Positions 49,853-59,571 of a stretch of DNA of 64,000 bases are shown in pieces. Position numbers and translations under genes: made by a program. The notes under the pieces were generated by a model. It did not search any database. It was given only the letters and a program-made list of their open reading frames with translations, and was not told the DNA's origin. Position 1 is the first letter of the stretch. Each line of letters starts with the position of its first letter. The stretch covers positions 62,101 to 126,100 of IMG/VR virus record IMGVR_UViG_3300025530_000275; one strand, given 5' to 3'. This stretch comes from a virus.

Positions 49853-51040
49853 TTAACCTTCGTAACCTGCCGGATATTCCACATAGATATCATATCTCTT
49901 CTTCGTAGGTTTAAGATTTTTCATAATTTTAGGCAACTCTACGAACTTTTCAAGGAATTCCTTGATAACTTCATCGTCAGGATTTTTATCCAAATACTTC
50001 TCAATAATATAGATATTATCATACACTCTATCAAGAAGACTTAAACGTTCATAGTTAGAGGACATATTTTGCATCTTAAATGTAATGATATCATATTCCT
50101 TTTGGAGAGAGGTCGGATTAGGCCGCTTTCTTTTAATAACACTTTCTATTACATAAGAAGCGTCGTCGCCTTTCTTACTCATAATGAATTCAATAGTTGA
50201 TTCTTGAAGCATAGAAAGTTCATACGGTTTCATATACTCAATTTCGCTAACTTTTTGCCCGAATAACTCTTCCTTCACTTCAATATCAATAGACGGGAAA
50301 AGTTTAAATATTTTAGTATCATAGAATTTTTCTACGTATTGTTTATGCCAATTATATTGTCTCATGATACCTTTCATTTTTTCCATAACGATTTTAATCA
50401 TTACAGAAGCAATATAGGTGTCAGCAATATCTTGATGGTCTGGATTTGAGAGATCGAACTCTTCAATTTGTTCAGAAATGGTTTTAATAGCCGAATTGAA
50501 GTTCTCGTATATATCCATTTCAATAAGAATACGATCAGGTTCATATATTTCAATATCAGGAAGGACGGGTTCTTTATAAGTTCTATTTGCGATATCTAGT
50601 AATGCTAAATCCCTTATTTTATTATCCATATTATAGAGAACCTCAATTACTTTCATATGAGTCATACGACAAGCATGATATAATGCAGCTTTGAACCTCT
50701 CAATTGCTGTATATGTCAATACATTATGTGAGAGATCATGAATGAGCAAGGCTGCAATTTGTTTACCGTCCAAAAGGTCTAATAAGCTTTTTTGAATTTC
50801 AACTGCATAGCTTCTTATCTCAATACCTTTTTGATTTGACAGCACAGTTTTTGGAAATACTATCATTCCATAAAAAGTCTGCGCTCTTGTCGAATCGTTT
50901 ATTATTACATCAATACAAGGAATTTTAATTTCATTATTTAAAATATTTCTAATTTTATTGAGATATTCCTTTCTATTCTCGTAATTGTTTTTCAGTTCAT
51001 CAAAAGTTACGGCCAAAAAATTGAACACATATTTATTCAC
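49853..51040 (-). CDS. putative virion protein
   Basis: 395 aa ORF between capsid and terminase; LQES/VIES sites. Confidence 0.6.
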   Translation of the reverse strand: MNKYVFNFLAVTFDELKNNYENRKEYLNKIRNILNNEIKIPCIDVIINDSTRAQTFYGMIVFPKTVLSNQKGIEIRSYAVEIQKSLLDLLDGKQIAALLIHDLSHNVLTYTAIERFKAALYHACRMTHMKVIEVLYNMDNKIRDLALLDIANRTYKEPVLPDIEIYEPDRILIEMDIYENFNSAIKTISEQIEEFDLSNPDHQDIADTYIASVMIKIVMEKMKGIMRQYNWHKQYVEKFYDTKIFKLFPSIDIEVKEELFGQKVSEIEYMKPYELSMLQESTIEFIMSKKGDDASYVIESVIKRKRPNPTSLQKEYDIITFKMQNMSSNYERLSLLDRVYDNIYIIEKYLDKNPDDEVIKEFLEKFVELPKIMKNLKPTKKRYDIYVEYPAGYEG

Positions 51041-51144
51041 ACCGAGGTTCCTCCCTTTAAATAGTAGAATTTATATTAAGTTCTGAAATTAAATTACAAA
51101 AGAAACTCCCAGTGGTTTTTTACCACTGGGAGCTCTGTTGTTTG

Positions 51145-52791
51145 TTAGCTGAGGTAGAACCCGTCATAATAGTCGGCGTAGTTGTTCTGCATTTCGATAA
51201 CCGCCATCACCGGATAGTATTCCTTGGTTTGATAACGGCTCGAAACCATGATAGCCGGGAGCGCCGGGTTCACACTGCTCCGGTATTTGTTCGAAACGTA
51301 GTTCGCATACCGGTAGTGGTTGATCGTGATCATGTTGTTTTGGATCGAGTTCGGAATCAGGTTGACATAGATCTTACCCGGCTCCACGCGATCCGTGGAC
51401 AGGTAGAAGATCGTATTTCCGGTGCTCATAACCGCAAAATCGTAGTTGACTTGCGAGGTACCGGTCATATCTTGATTCCGGCGGAAGATATATTGCTCAC
51501 CGGAAGCGTTCGGAATCCGAATATCGATCGGGTTTCCGACAACGCGGAAGTGACAATCATCCAGTTGAAGTTCCGATTTCAGGCGGATACATACCCGTTC
51601 AATGAACGGATGGAATTCCCGCCGCAGCCATTCCTCACGACCCAGACTGAATCCAGCATCCGGGGTTGCATTGAACTGCTTCGTCAGAATAGCCTGGGAT
51701 TCGAGGTCTTTCAGGACTTCATAGATGGACCGGTCTTCGATTTGCTCGATCAGTTGACCCATTTGGTTGGTGTACTCTTCGAGCACGTTGACGCCAGTCA
51801 TGCGAGACACATCGTCGATGAATTCGACGGACGGATTCACTTCGATGTGTGCGCCATCCGGAATCGCAACGTTGGTGTGCTTGTGTTCGAAGCCCGTCAC
51901 CAGAGCTTTGAGGTGAGTTTCGGACGACAAGCGAGCAGCGAATGTAACCGTTTTGACGCGCGGCGAAGTCGAGCTCAGGCTCGTAAGAACAGCAGCTTCA
52001 AAATCAATTTCACCCATGATCGTTGCTTTCTTCTGGTCGTCGCCGAATACAACATCTACGCTGAAGCGACCAGTTTCGATGTCGATTTGGCGAGAACGGC
52101 CAACGATCTTGAGCGTATCCGGATCTTCCGGAGTCGTGCCATCTTCTTTGACAGCAGTGAATGCTTTCACAGAGATATCAATCGCAAGCTTGTTGCGGGC
52201 GTCGATCGAATTCTCCGCGAAGATGTCATAGCTAGATGCCGGGCAGTCAACCGTAAAGTCGAATTTTTGATGCAGGTTGTTCACCAGATTCGAGTTGCGG
52301 TTGAAAGCATCGACGAAGTAATGCTTGTTGCCTTGGATGTCGATCACGTATTGTTTACGTTCAGTGATCTTGAACGCAGGCTTCTCAGCCTGTACCGTTT
52401 TCACGGCGCGGTGCATAACAGCTTTCACATAAGAGCGAATTTGGAAACCGAACGACGTCAGCGAAATCGGCTTCAGTGCAGCCAGACCTTGCTGAGTAGA
52501 CTCAGTGAGCAGCTCGTTGACAACGTTTTGCATCGAAACTGCACGGGCCGCAGCATCTTCCCGAAGAACAGCGTTAACCAATCCAGTGCCTTCAAATTGT
52601 TGGCGTTCAAGGATTTCATTGACGGACTCCAGGAACGCTTGTGCGGACTCCTTCGATTTGAAAATGCTTGCCATATCGTTGGCGACGTTGCTTCCATACG
52701 TTTCATACAACGCTTCATAGAAGCTCTGCACCTGGCGATCGGAAGCGGTAGACATCCCCAACGTCAGCTCAAGATATTCCGGCTTTGACAT
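51145..52791 (-). CDS. major capsid protein precursor
   Basis: Strongest high-expression codon bias in the window; probable LLTE/S maturation site; adjacent to protease; followed by terminator. Confidence 0.8.
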   Translation of the reverse strand: MSKPEYLELTLGMSTASDRQVQSFYEALYETYGSNVANDMASIFKSKESAQAFLESVNEILERQQFEGTGLVNAVLREDAAARAVSMQNVVNELLTESTQQGLAALKPISLTSFGFQIRSYVKAVMHRAVKTVQAEKPAFKITERKQYVIDIQGNKHYFVDAFNRNSNLVNNLHQKFDFTVDCPASSYDIFAENSIDARNKLAIDISVKAFTAVKEDGTTPEDPDTLKIVGRSRQIDIETGRFSVDVVFGDDQKKATIMGEIDFEAAVLTSLSSTSPRVKTVTFAARLSSETHLKALVTGFEHKHTNVAIPDGAHIEVNPSVEFIDDVSRMTGVNVLEEYTNQMGQLIEQIEDRSIYEVLKDLESQAILTKQFNATPDAGFSLGREEWLRREFHPFIERVCIRLKSELQLDDCHFRVVGNPIDIRIPNASGEQYIFRRNQDMTGTSQVNYDFAVMSTGNTIFYLSTDRVEPGKIYVNLIPNSIQNNMITINHYRYANYVSNKYRSSVNPALPAIMVSSRYQTKEYYPVMAVIEMQNNYADYYDGFYLS

Positions 52792-52888
52792 GTTTCTTTT
52801 CCTCCTTTAGTAGAGTAAGTAAAATATTTATTCTTTGTTGGGTTTTTATAAAACCTCGATTTTATGTTGATTCTTGAAAATTAATTTT

Positions 52889-53536
52889 TTATTTATCTTT
52901 AGAAGACATTTCTACGATGTTTTTATAAAGTTCATCTAAATATCGTTTTTCTAGCACAAATTGCATAAAATTATGGTAATTTATCTCATAGGAATTATCA
53001 GCATATTTATATAGAATATAATCATTAAGCTTCTCCAAAAGATCTGAACCCTTCTCAATAGCTATCGTCAAATAATGCCTTACATGATCAGAAGTTGGTA
53101 CAAATTCAGATAGTTCATTAATAAGTCTTGAAGTGTCATCTCTTAAATCTCTATATTTATTAAAATTTTTGAAAGCAAGTATACTTCTGGTTTTTGGGTC
53201 TATATTTAACAGACTGCCAGGTTTGGGTTCATTAGATATTGAAGATGACTCACCTCCCGAATCTTCGCCAGCTTCAGGTTCAGTAGATGAAGAGTCATCT
53301 TGATCGTCTGAATCGTCTTCGTCTTCTAAACCATACTTATCATCTTCAGAATCATCCTGATTCGGATTATCCTCAGCGGATTCATCCCCTTCAGGTTCTT
53401 GATCGCTAGTTGCAGGCTGTTCTTCTCCACTAGCAATATCTTCTTCATTTTCAAGATCATATTTATCCTCTTCTGCTTCCAAGAGAATATTATTTCCTTC
53501 CAATATCATCTTGAGTCTTTCTTTAATAGATGACAC
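52889..53536 (-). CDS. acidic head/scaffold-like protein
   Basis: LLEAEE then long acidic disordered tract; N-terminus similar to the 37869 protein (IKERLKMILEG vs LKERLRTLLEG). Confidence 0.55.
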   Translation of the reverse strand: MSSIKERLKMILEGNNILLEAEEDKYDLENEEDIASGEEQPATSDQEPEGDESAEDNPNQDDSEDDKYGLEDEDDSDDQDDSSSTEPEAGEDSGGESSSISNEPKPGSLLNIDPKTRSILAFKNFNKYRDLRDDTSRLINELSEFVPTSDHVRHYLTIAIEKGSDLLEKLNDYILYKYADNSYEINYHNFMQFVLEKRYLDELYKNIVEMSSKDK

Positions 53537-53549
53537 TGTAATCCCTCCT

Positions 53550-54248
53550 TTAGTCCTTTATGTTATACTGTATTCGATCCATTGCTCTACCAATTTGATT
53601 TTCAATTCTCATAAGTTTATATTTAGCCTTAATATCTCCTCTGGCCTCAGCATCCTTGATTTTTTCTTGCACAACCCTCAATTCAAATTTCAGGTCGTTA
53701 AAAATAAGATTCTTATATTTTGCATCAGTTCTTTTATCAATAGCAGTTTGAACTAAAATTGCTAATATAGTAGAAATAATTTTTACAGGAATTCCCCCAG
53801 GAATAAGAAGTCCTATAATAAAAGACCTTATAAGATTCTTGAGCATTCTTGAAAGATCTATGGTTCTTTTAACCACAGTATCATAGGTTGCATTTCTTTT
53901 ACTTTCTCTATGAAGTTTAATAAATCTATTGAATTTCTCATTTAACCTTTCGGCCATTTGTTTTTCAGCAAGAGTAAATTTGACAAGAGTTTTCGATACT
54001 TTATCTTTAGCCTTTCTAAATGTCTGAGCTATATTTTCATTTAATTGCGCCTCATCAATTTCTTCAATAATAATAGATTCTTGAATAGTTTCTATAAGAG
54101 AATCGATCAAGGCTTCCAGTTTTAAATCTTGATCAATCCCATCATCTTTATTTTCCAGCGTATCTTCAAAATTCAATTCATTTATTGATTCAAGTATTTT
54201 CATCTTGTGCTCGGATATAAACTTACTATTGTAAAAGCTTGTATCCAT
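53550..54248 (-). CDS. putative virion head protein
   Basis: ILES/IQES sites; late motif at 54281. Confidence 0.55.
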   Translation of the reverse strand: MDTSFYNSKFISEHKMKILESINELNFEDTLENKDDGIDQDLKLEALIDSLIETIQESIIIEEIDEAQLNENIAQTFRKAKDKVSKTLVKFTLAEKQMAERLNEKFNRFIKLHRESKRNATYDTVVKRTIDLSRMLKNLIRSFIIGLLIPGGIPVKIISTILAILVQTAIDKRTDAKYKNLIFNDLKFELRVVQEKIKDAEARGDIKAKYKLMRIENQIGRAMDRIQYNIKD

Positions 54249-54367
54249 GAAAATTCTCTCCCTTTATGAATATATTAGATTATTCAAATGTTTCAAAATA
54301 TACATTAGTACAGCGTTTGGTAATTCAAACACTACAATAATAGTAGACTACTTTTTTGAGAAAGGAT

Positions 54368-55252
54368 ATGATGAAAAATATGTTTACCACCAAAACAAAA
54401 AAAGAGTTTCCTATCTACTATATAGTAGAAGCAGCAATCAACCCAGACGACATAAAGACTGAGATTATAAGAGAAAATGTAGTAGATACGGCAGATGGGA
54501 AGAAAGTGAAGACTGTTACTGCCGAATCTGTTCTTCAAAGCTTCGAAAGAATTAATTGGAATGGTCGTAGTTATCCTGGAAATATTGTTATGAGAAGTCT
54601 TAATGAAGACCCGAAAATTCAAAACGATATTCGTATGAGACAATGGGCAGGGGAATGGTGCCATCCGGACAGCACAAGCCCCGTTCGTCAATCTCAAGTT
54701 CTTGATCCTTTCGTGTCTCATTATATTGATAAGTATTGGCAGGATGGAAACCTTCTTAAGGCACATGTAACCACGGCACCTTTTGGCTACGGTTTGGATA
54801 TGTATAACAAACTTATGGCAGGTCGTCCATGGGGCTTCTCTCTCCGGGCATTTGGGGCTACTGATTCAAACAATGTAGCTATTTGGCCTCTTAGAATTAT
54901 CACCTATGACCAGGTAAACAGACCTTCACATAAAGAGGCATATTCTACAAGACAAAACGTCATTTCTAAAAACGAATACACTGATGATTTCTTACAGGAA
55001 TGTTCGGTTATGTATCCCGTAGATCAATCTACTCTACAAAAAGAAATTACAAACTTCGTTCTTGAAAAATCCGATAATGTAAAGATCGCTAAAGAATTGT
55101 TTGGTCTCCAAGAATCTCAAGGAGAGTTTAATGATAAAGGCCAAGTAATGCTTGAAGGATCTTATCTTGGTACTACTATTAGAGTATATCTTCCAGTGGA
55201 GTCATATATTCGAGAAAATTATATGAATATGCTCCGCAGTCTTAAGCAATAA
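54368..55252 (+). CDS. prohead (capsid maturation) protease, T4 gp21-like
   Basis: NWNGRSY, GEWCHP, FSLRAFG (catalytic Ser), TYDQVNRPSH. Confidence 0.88.
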   Translation: MMKNMFTTKTKKEFPIYYIVEAAINPDDIKTEIIRENVVDTADGKKVKTVTAESVLQSFERINWNGRSYPGNIVMRSLNEDPKIQNDIRMRQWAGEWCHPDSTSPVRQSQVLDPFVSHYIDKYWQDGNLLKAHVTTAPFGYGLDMYNKLMAGRPWGFSLRAFGATDSNNVAIWPLRIITYDQVNRPSHKEAYSTRQNVISKNEYTDDFLQECSVMYPVDQSTLQKEITNFVLEKSDNVKIAKELFGLQESQGEFNDKGQVMLEGSYLGTTIRVYLPVESYIRENYMNMLRSLKQ

Positions 55253-55281
55253 TATTGAAATATAGTTCTCTTTGAGGAGGG

Positions 55282-56004
55282 TTGTTAATGAATATCAATA
55301 CAATACTGGATATACTCCTCAACCAAAGGCTTGGTCTTGTTGAATATAAATTGGATTATTTATATCCAGAGATTCATAAAAATCTTCTTACTAACACATT
55401 ACCTATCTTCTCACAATACTTTCCATATTATAGAAGATATTTATTCAATCCCAGTGAAAATAAGTCAGACGTCGAAAATGAATATTATCTGAATATACCG
55501 GAGGTCCAAGCAAATAAATTACATGTTATTTCAGTAGCAGATGTGAGGGCTAAATCCGGGGTTGAAGGTAATGCATTTATGGATAGCTATAGACCATTTG
55601 CAATGACGATAGAGGACGTTCTTATTAACTCTGCGTCTACAAATATTGCATCCTTGACTAACTATAGTTACAGAATGTTTAGATTTATACCTCCTAATAA
55701 AATACGTCTAAAAGGTTTTGGAGAATATGAGGTATATATCACATTAAAATTGACATACCCATCATTCTCATCTATACCAGAATCTATAATAGAGCAATTC
55801 CTCGACTTGGCGGAATGTGATATAAAAATCTTCATATATAATAAGCTGAAACATTATGATCAGCTTAGTATGCCTATGGGTAATATGGATCTCAAACTTG
55901 GAATATTCGAGAATGGCGAATCCGAACGTAGAGATCTTATAGAGAAATTCAATACGAGAGGATTTGCAAATAAGGCTCGAAGATTCTATCATCGTTACGA
56001 GTAA
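55282..56004 (+). CDS. putative neck/head-completion protein
   Basis: TLPIFSQYFP...FLDLAECDIK pattern; follows protease. Confidence 0.5.
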   Translation: MLMNINTILDILLNQRLGLVEYKLDYLYPEIHKNLLTNTLPIFSQYFPYYRRYLFNPSENKSDVENEYYLNIPEVQANKLHVISVADVRAKSGVEGNAFMDSYRPFAMTIEDVLINSASTNIASLTNYSYRMFRFIPPNKIRLKGFGEYEVYITLKLTYPSFSSIPESIIEQFLDLAECDIKIFIYNKLKHYDQLSMPMGNMDLKLGIFENGESERRDLIEKFNTRGFANKARRFYHRYE

Positions 56005-56030
56005 TTTTCAAATTAAGCAAAAAAAAAAAT

Positions 56031-56063
56031 AAATCCAGGGAAGGTGTATTCTTCCCTGGATTT
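56031..56063. terminator. bidirectional intrinsic terminator
   Basis: AAATCCAGGGAAG/CTTCCCTGGATTT stem between convergent genes. Confidence 0.85.
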
Positions 56064-56064
56064 G

Positions 56065-56295
56065 TTATCCATTTATTTCTCTTGCCACTTCTTCAATTAC
56101 TCTGAAACTCCCATCTACATATTCCGCACCTTCAATGGGAAGATAATCAATATTCTCGGCGATTTGTAAAGCCTCATCAATATCCCGAGCCTTGATTCTC
56201 ACATAGTTTCCTACTTCCCAGGTTATCGGAATTGTATATTCCTTCTGTAACCATACTTTGATTTTACTTTTTGCCACCGAACGGCCCTTCCTCAT
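56065..56295 (-). CDS. hypothetical protein
   Basis: 76 aa ORF overlapping the beta-N stop. Confidence 0.55.
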   Translation of the reverse strand: MRKGRSVAKSKIKVWLQKEYTIPITWEVGNYVRIKARDIDEALQIAENIDYLPIEGAEYVDGSFRVIEEVAREING

Positions 56296-58186
56296 TTAGT
56301 TCTATTTTTATAAGCCCATTTTTGTTTCTCACATACGACCCTGGGCTATAATCAGGTCTCGGTCTAGCTGTTATCCTGATAAGATGGAAGTTCCTCTTAA
56401 TTACAATAAACCCTTTAGAATTACGCACATAAGCAGACGAGTCCAAATTTCTTTGAACTTTTATCAGTCCACTAGATGTACGCACATACTCTGGTTTGAC
56501 AATTTGAATGTAACCTTCATCATTCCTAAAATCTCTATACTTCAGATTGAACTTACGTTTATCATGTTCTTCTCTAATTGCCTTATAGTGAGCTTGTATC
56601 ATTCCATAATACTGCTCATTTTCTTTAATTTGCTTAATACGTTTTCTGAGTCTCTTAGCATATGGTCTTTCAATAGACTCAGAATCCCCGAAATATCCGC
56701 CATCATAGATCTTACAGAACGGTGTTAACATACCAGAAATTCCAGGTGAGCTCGATGAAATAGCATTAAGCTCAAATCTTCCAAGATAGCTAGGATAAAT
56801 ATCTCGTTGTTCATCCTTAACCTTATCAGAGGGTAGACCCTGAATCCCTGTGAATGAAAACTTCAAGCCATTTAGCGCTTGAAGATCATTGATATCAATA
56901 TTGTAACGGAATAGAGGAGAAGGTTTCCTCCCTCTGAATAGTGACTTTATCAAAATGTGCTCATCAAATTTGAAGATTCTAGAAAGTTTTTCTTTGTCAT
57001 ACGGCCTCAAATTGAGGGCATAATTGACCTTATCTTTCAAGAATCTACTAAAATGAGCAGCAATATATTCATTGGTCCTTATTCTCTTATTGAGAAGAGA
57101 ATTATTATCCATATTTCTCAGTTCGTTAAACTCCCTCATCATCCAACGCAATACACAATAGATATCTGCTTTATCTTTATAGTCTATTCTCAGAGAATTC
57201 TGAGTTGCAGAATCAAGAACATTTCTAAATGATTTTAGTACATCATATCCTTTATTCAACTGATTTTTTGCAGCGGACGTGAAAAGAGAACCAAGCCTCT
57301 TTACCCATAACTCATTATCATAGATATCCTCAATTTTATTTCTAGTATTGAAGATCTGGATAAGCATTCCGGTAAATGATCTAAAGAACGCATCATCTTC
57401 AAATAAAGTCTTTTCCGCTTCTAGAAGTATATTCGAGTTTACTTTGAAGTAATAGAATAGTTCAGGGTTTTTCACTTCAGTCACTACGTTTAGAAACTTA
57501 TCATAACCAAAGAACTCGATTGTTCCCAATATTCCCTTTTTAGCAGCAAAATAGAAAATAGGATTGAATTTCTTTTTGAATAAATTTACCACGAGATTAC
57601 TAATCCTAAATTCTTTACCGGAATCTACACATATAAGAATAAATCTTTTACGCTTATCTTCTCTACTAAGTCTGAGTTGAATTCTTGACTTTAGAATCAC
57701 CTCACCTTTCCGGTTATAGGTAGCATTATCAACTACCTGGAACATGGCAAGAGTCTTGTTTCCGGAAATCATGAAGTGATATCTATCTATATATTTTGGA
57801 AGAAGGATAGTATTTTCAACTTTTTCGCCACCGACAATATCTACAGTAAATTTTATAGCATCATAGATATCCGGTTGAACCGGAATGAGTTTTTCAATTC
57901 TATTCTTAATAATCTTCCTATTCTTGATATTCCTCAAATTCAGACGAATATCAAGTTTTGAAGGATCTCGAATATATTCAACATCTCTTACAAAGATATC
58001 AGGAAGCATTTCGATAGATTTCAGATCTTCAGCAATAAACTCCCAGATTTGTTTCCCTTTTCTTCTATCAAAGAGATCTTCATTGACACCAGCTTCAGTG
58101 GCCATTCTGTCTGACATCATTGCGACCATTTGGCTCACATAGTTTTTCGCCAATCCTATCTTCCTTCCTTTCCGCTTATAGTACAC
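56264..58186 (-). CDS. rpoB: RNA polymerase beta N-terminal subunit (non-virion type)
   Basis: LLPKY..FMISGNKTLAMFQ, NKRIR, RDIYPSYLGRF...SPGISGML; C-terminal repeat tail. Confidence 0.85.
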   Translation of the reverse strand: MYYKRKGRKIGLAKNYVSQMVAMMSDRMATEAGVNEDLFDRRKGKQIWEFIAEDLKSIEMLPDIFVRDVEYIRDPSKLDIRLNLRNIKNRKIIKNRIEKLIPVQPDIYDAIKFTVDIVGGEKVENTILLPKYIDRYHFMISGNKTLAMFQVVDNATYNRKGEVILKSRIQLRLSREDKRKRFILICVDSGKEFRISNLVVNLFKKKFNPIFYFAAKKGILGTIEFFGYDKFLNVVTEVKNPELFYYFKVNSNILLEAEKTLFEDDAFFRSFTGMLIQIFNTRNKIEDIYDNELWVKRLGSLFTSAAKNQLNKGYDVLKSFRNVLDSATQNSLRIDYKDKADIYCVLRWMMREFNELRNMDNNSLLNKRIRTNEYIAAHFSRFLKDKVNYALNLRPYDKEKLSRIFKFDEHILIKSLFRGRKPSPLFRYNIDINDLQALNGLKFSFTGIQGLPSDKVKDEQRDIYPSYLGRFELNAISSSSPGISGMLTPFCKIYDGGYFGDSESIERPYAKRLRKRIKQIKENEQYYGMIQAHYKAIREEHDKRKFNLKYRDFRNDEGYIQIVKPEYVRTSSGLIKVQRNLDSSAYVRNSKGFIVIKRNFHLIRITARPRPDYSPGSYVRNKNGLIKIELNEEGPFGGKK

Positions 58187-58290
58187 ATTATCATATTCTC
58201 TATATACTTTTTATAGATAAAAAATTTTTAATAAACGCCATAGGCCGAAACCGGATTGATGTCCGGTTTCGGCTTGACGTATAAAGGTTA

Positions 58291-58995
58291 TTAAACCAAT
58301 GCTTCGATAAGGCGGTCGTTCTTGATCGTTTGTTTGAATTCTTTGCTGGGAACAAATCCGACTTCCCACTTGTCCTTCTTACGCTCAATCGTATAAGTTC
58401 CCTCTCCGGGAACTTCATACTTCACAACTTCATCCGCCGACTTGCTGTTTGCAAGTACGTGAATGATGGCTGCAATGTGAAGCGCAATGAACAGTTGAGC
58501 CGACGTCTCATCCAGTTCTACGCCACGGTCCGCCTCTGTTTTCTTTTCAACCCATTCGCCTTCCTGGACATCATATTCATCCAGTTTGCAGCAATGGATG
58601 ACCGTATCCAGCAGAAGCTTGCTGTCGATAGAAGAAGCAATGGATTCAATCAGCGACACATTGTTGTACAGCTTATCTTCGAAGCTGTCCAGTTCGCTCA
58701 AGAACTTCTTCTCGTTCGTGAGACTGAACGTCGGATTCAGCGACAGAGACTCGCCGGACTTCCGTGCGACGACTCCATAAGTAAACGGGCCGATAACCAG
58801 CTGTACTTCTTCCCTGGGCTCCTGATCCATCATCAGGTACAGCGTGCGCGGGATTGCATTCGAAATCCCCGTATCAATAATCGCCTGAAGTGCAAGGTCG
58901 ATTTCTGCCTTTTTCGTTTCGCCGTTGATGTTGCGTTCGCAGTGAAACGCTTTCGAAGATACAGAATTTGTTACCTCGATAAGTTTCTTTGCCAT
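58291..58995 (-). CDS. abundant HU/IHF-like DNA-binding protein
   Basis: C-terminal EVPGEGTYTI...VGFVPSKEFKQTI HU-like signature; AGGAGG RBS; high-expression codons; two early motifs upstream. Confidence 0.55.
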   Translation of the reverse strand: MAKKLIEVTNSVSSKAFHCERNINGETKKAEIDLALQAIIDTGISNAIPRTLYLMMDQEPREEVQLVIGPFTYGVVARKSGESLSLNPTFSLTNEKKFLSELDSFEDKLYNNVSLIESIASSIDSKLLLDTVIHCCKLDEYDVQEGEWVEKKTEADRGVELDETSAQLFIALHIAAIIHVLANSKSADEVVKYEVPGEGTYTIERKKDKWEVGFVPSKEFKQTIKNDRLIEALV

Positions 58996-59241
58996 TCTAA
59001 AACTCCTCCTATTAATGAAGTTTTTATTGTAAAGACACACTTAGTATAAACTAATAATGTGTCTTTCACACAATAATAATATATATTTGACAATTACGAC
59101 GACTACAAATAGCTTATAGAAAAAATGCTACTGCATATTACCACCTCTCGCTCGATAATATTGTTTATTAGTCAATACAATAATATATATTTGTCTTTAG
59201 TTTGCTTCAATAACTATAATTTTGAAAAATAAATATAAGTA

Positions 59242-59271
59242 GCCAGAGGGTATCATTTATAACCCTCTGGC
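59242..59271 (-). terminator. intrinsic terminator of the putative ncRNA
   Basis: GCCAGAGGGT/ACCCTCTGGC stem followed by a U-rich tract on the minus strand. Confidence 0.8.
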
Positions 59272-59286
59272 CATGATATATATTAA

Positions 59287-59571
59287 GGACATGACTGCGA
59301 GATGAGCCTGATCATCAAACCCAAATTTATTTTCGCCTACCATTCCTGAAAACCTCTTTCTGAGAGCACAGCAAAATCCTCTTCACTCTCTGCGACGGTT
59401 AATCCAATGCGATAGGATTAACCCAGACAGAAAAATCCGAGGAAATATCGCCGATTACCCCTAATATGATAGTGGGATAATTTGTGACCTCAGTTTTTCA
59501 AAGAGGCCGAGGAATGGACTCGACGATTTCATTAATTCTTGCATAATACGACTCTCTCGCAAATCATTCCC
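59287..59571 (-). ncRNA. putative ~285-nt structured non-coding RNA of unknown family
   Basis: Late promoter placing +1 at G59571; 5'/3' ends pair; nested long-range helices; downstream terminator; no ORF in the track. Confidence 0.7.

Noticed and set aside
51112-52788. 558-aa ORF antisense to the capsid gene
   Set aside because: Shadow ORF: the capsid gene avoids TTA/CTA/TCA codons, so the opposite strand lacks stops; no RBS or protein-like features
58330-59049. 239-aa ORF antisense to the HU-like gene
   Set aside because: Same codon-bias shadow effect
59287-59571. RNase P, SRP or tmRNA identity for the structured RNA
   Set aside because: GAGUCC and GGCUCAU faintly echo RNase P P4, but GAGGAAAGUCC and ACAGAA are absent and CCAUUCCU pairs elsewhere; no SRP helix-8 motif; no tRNA-like ends
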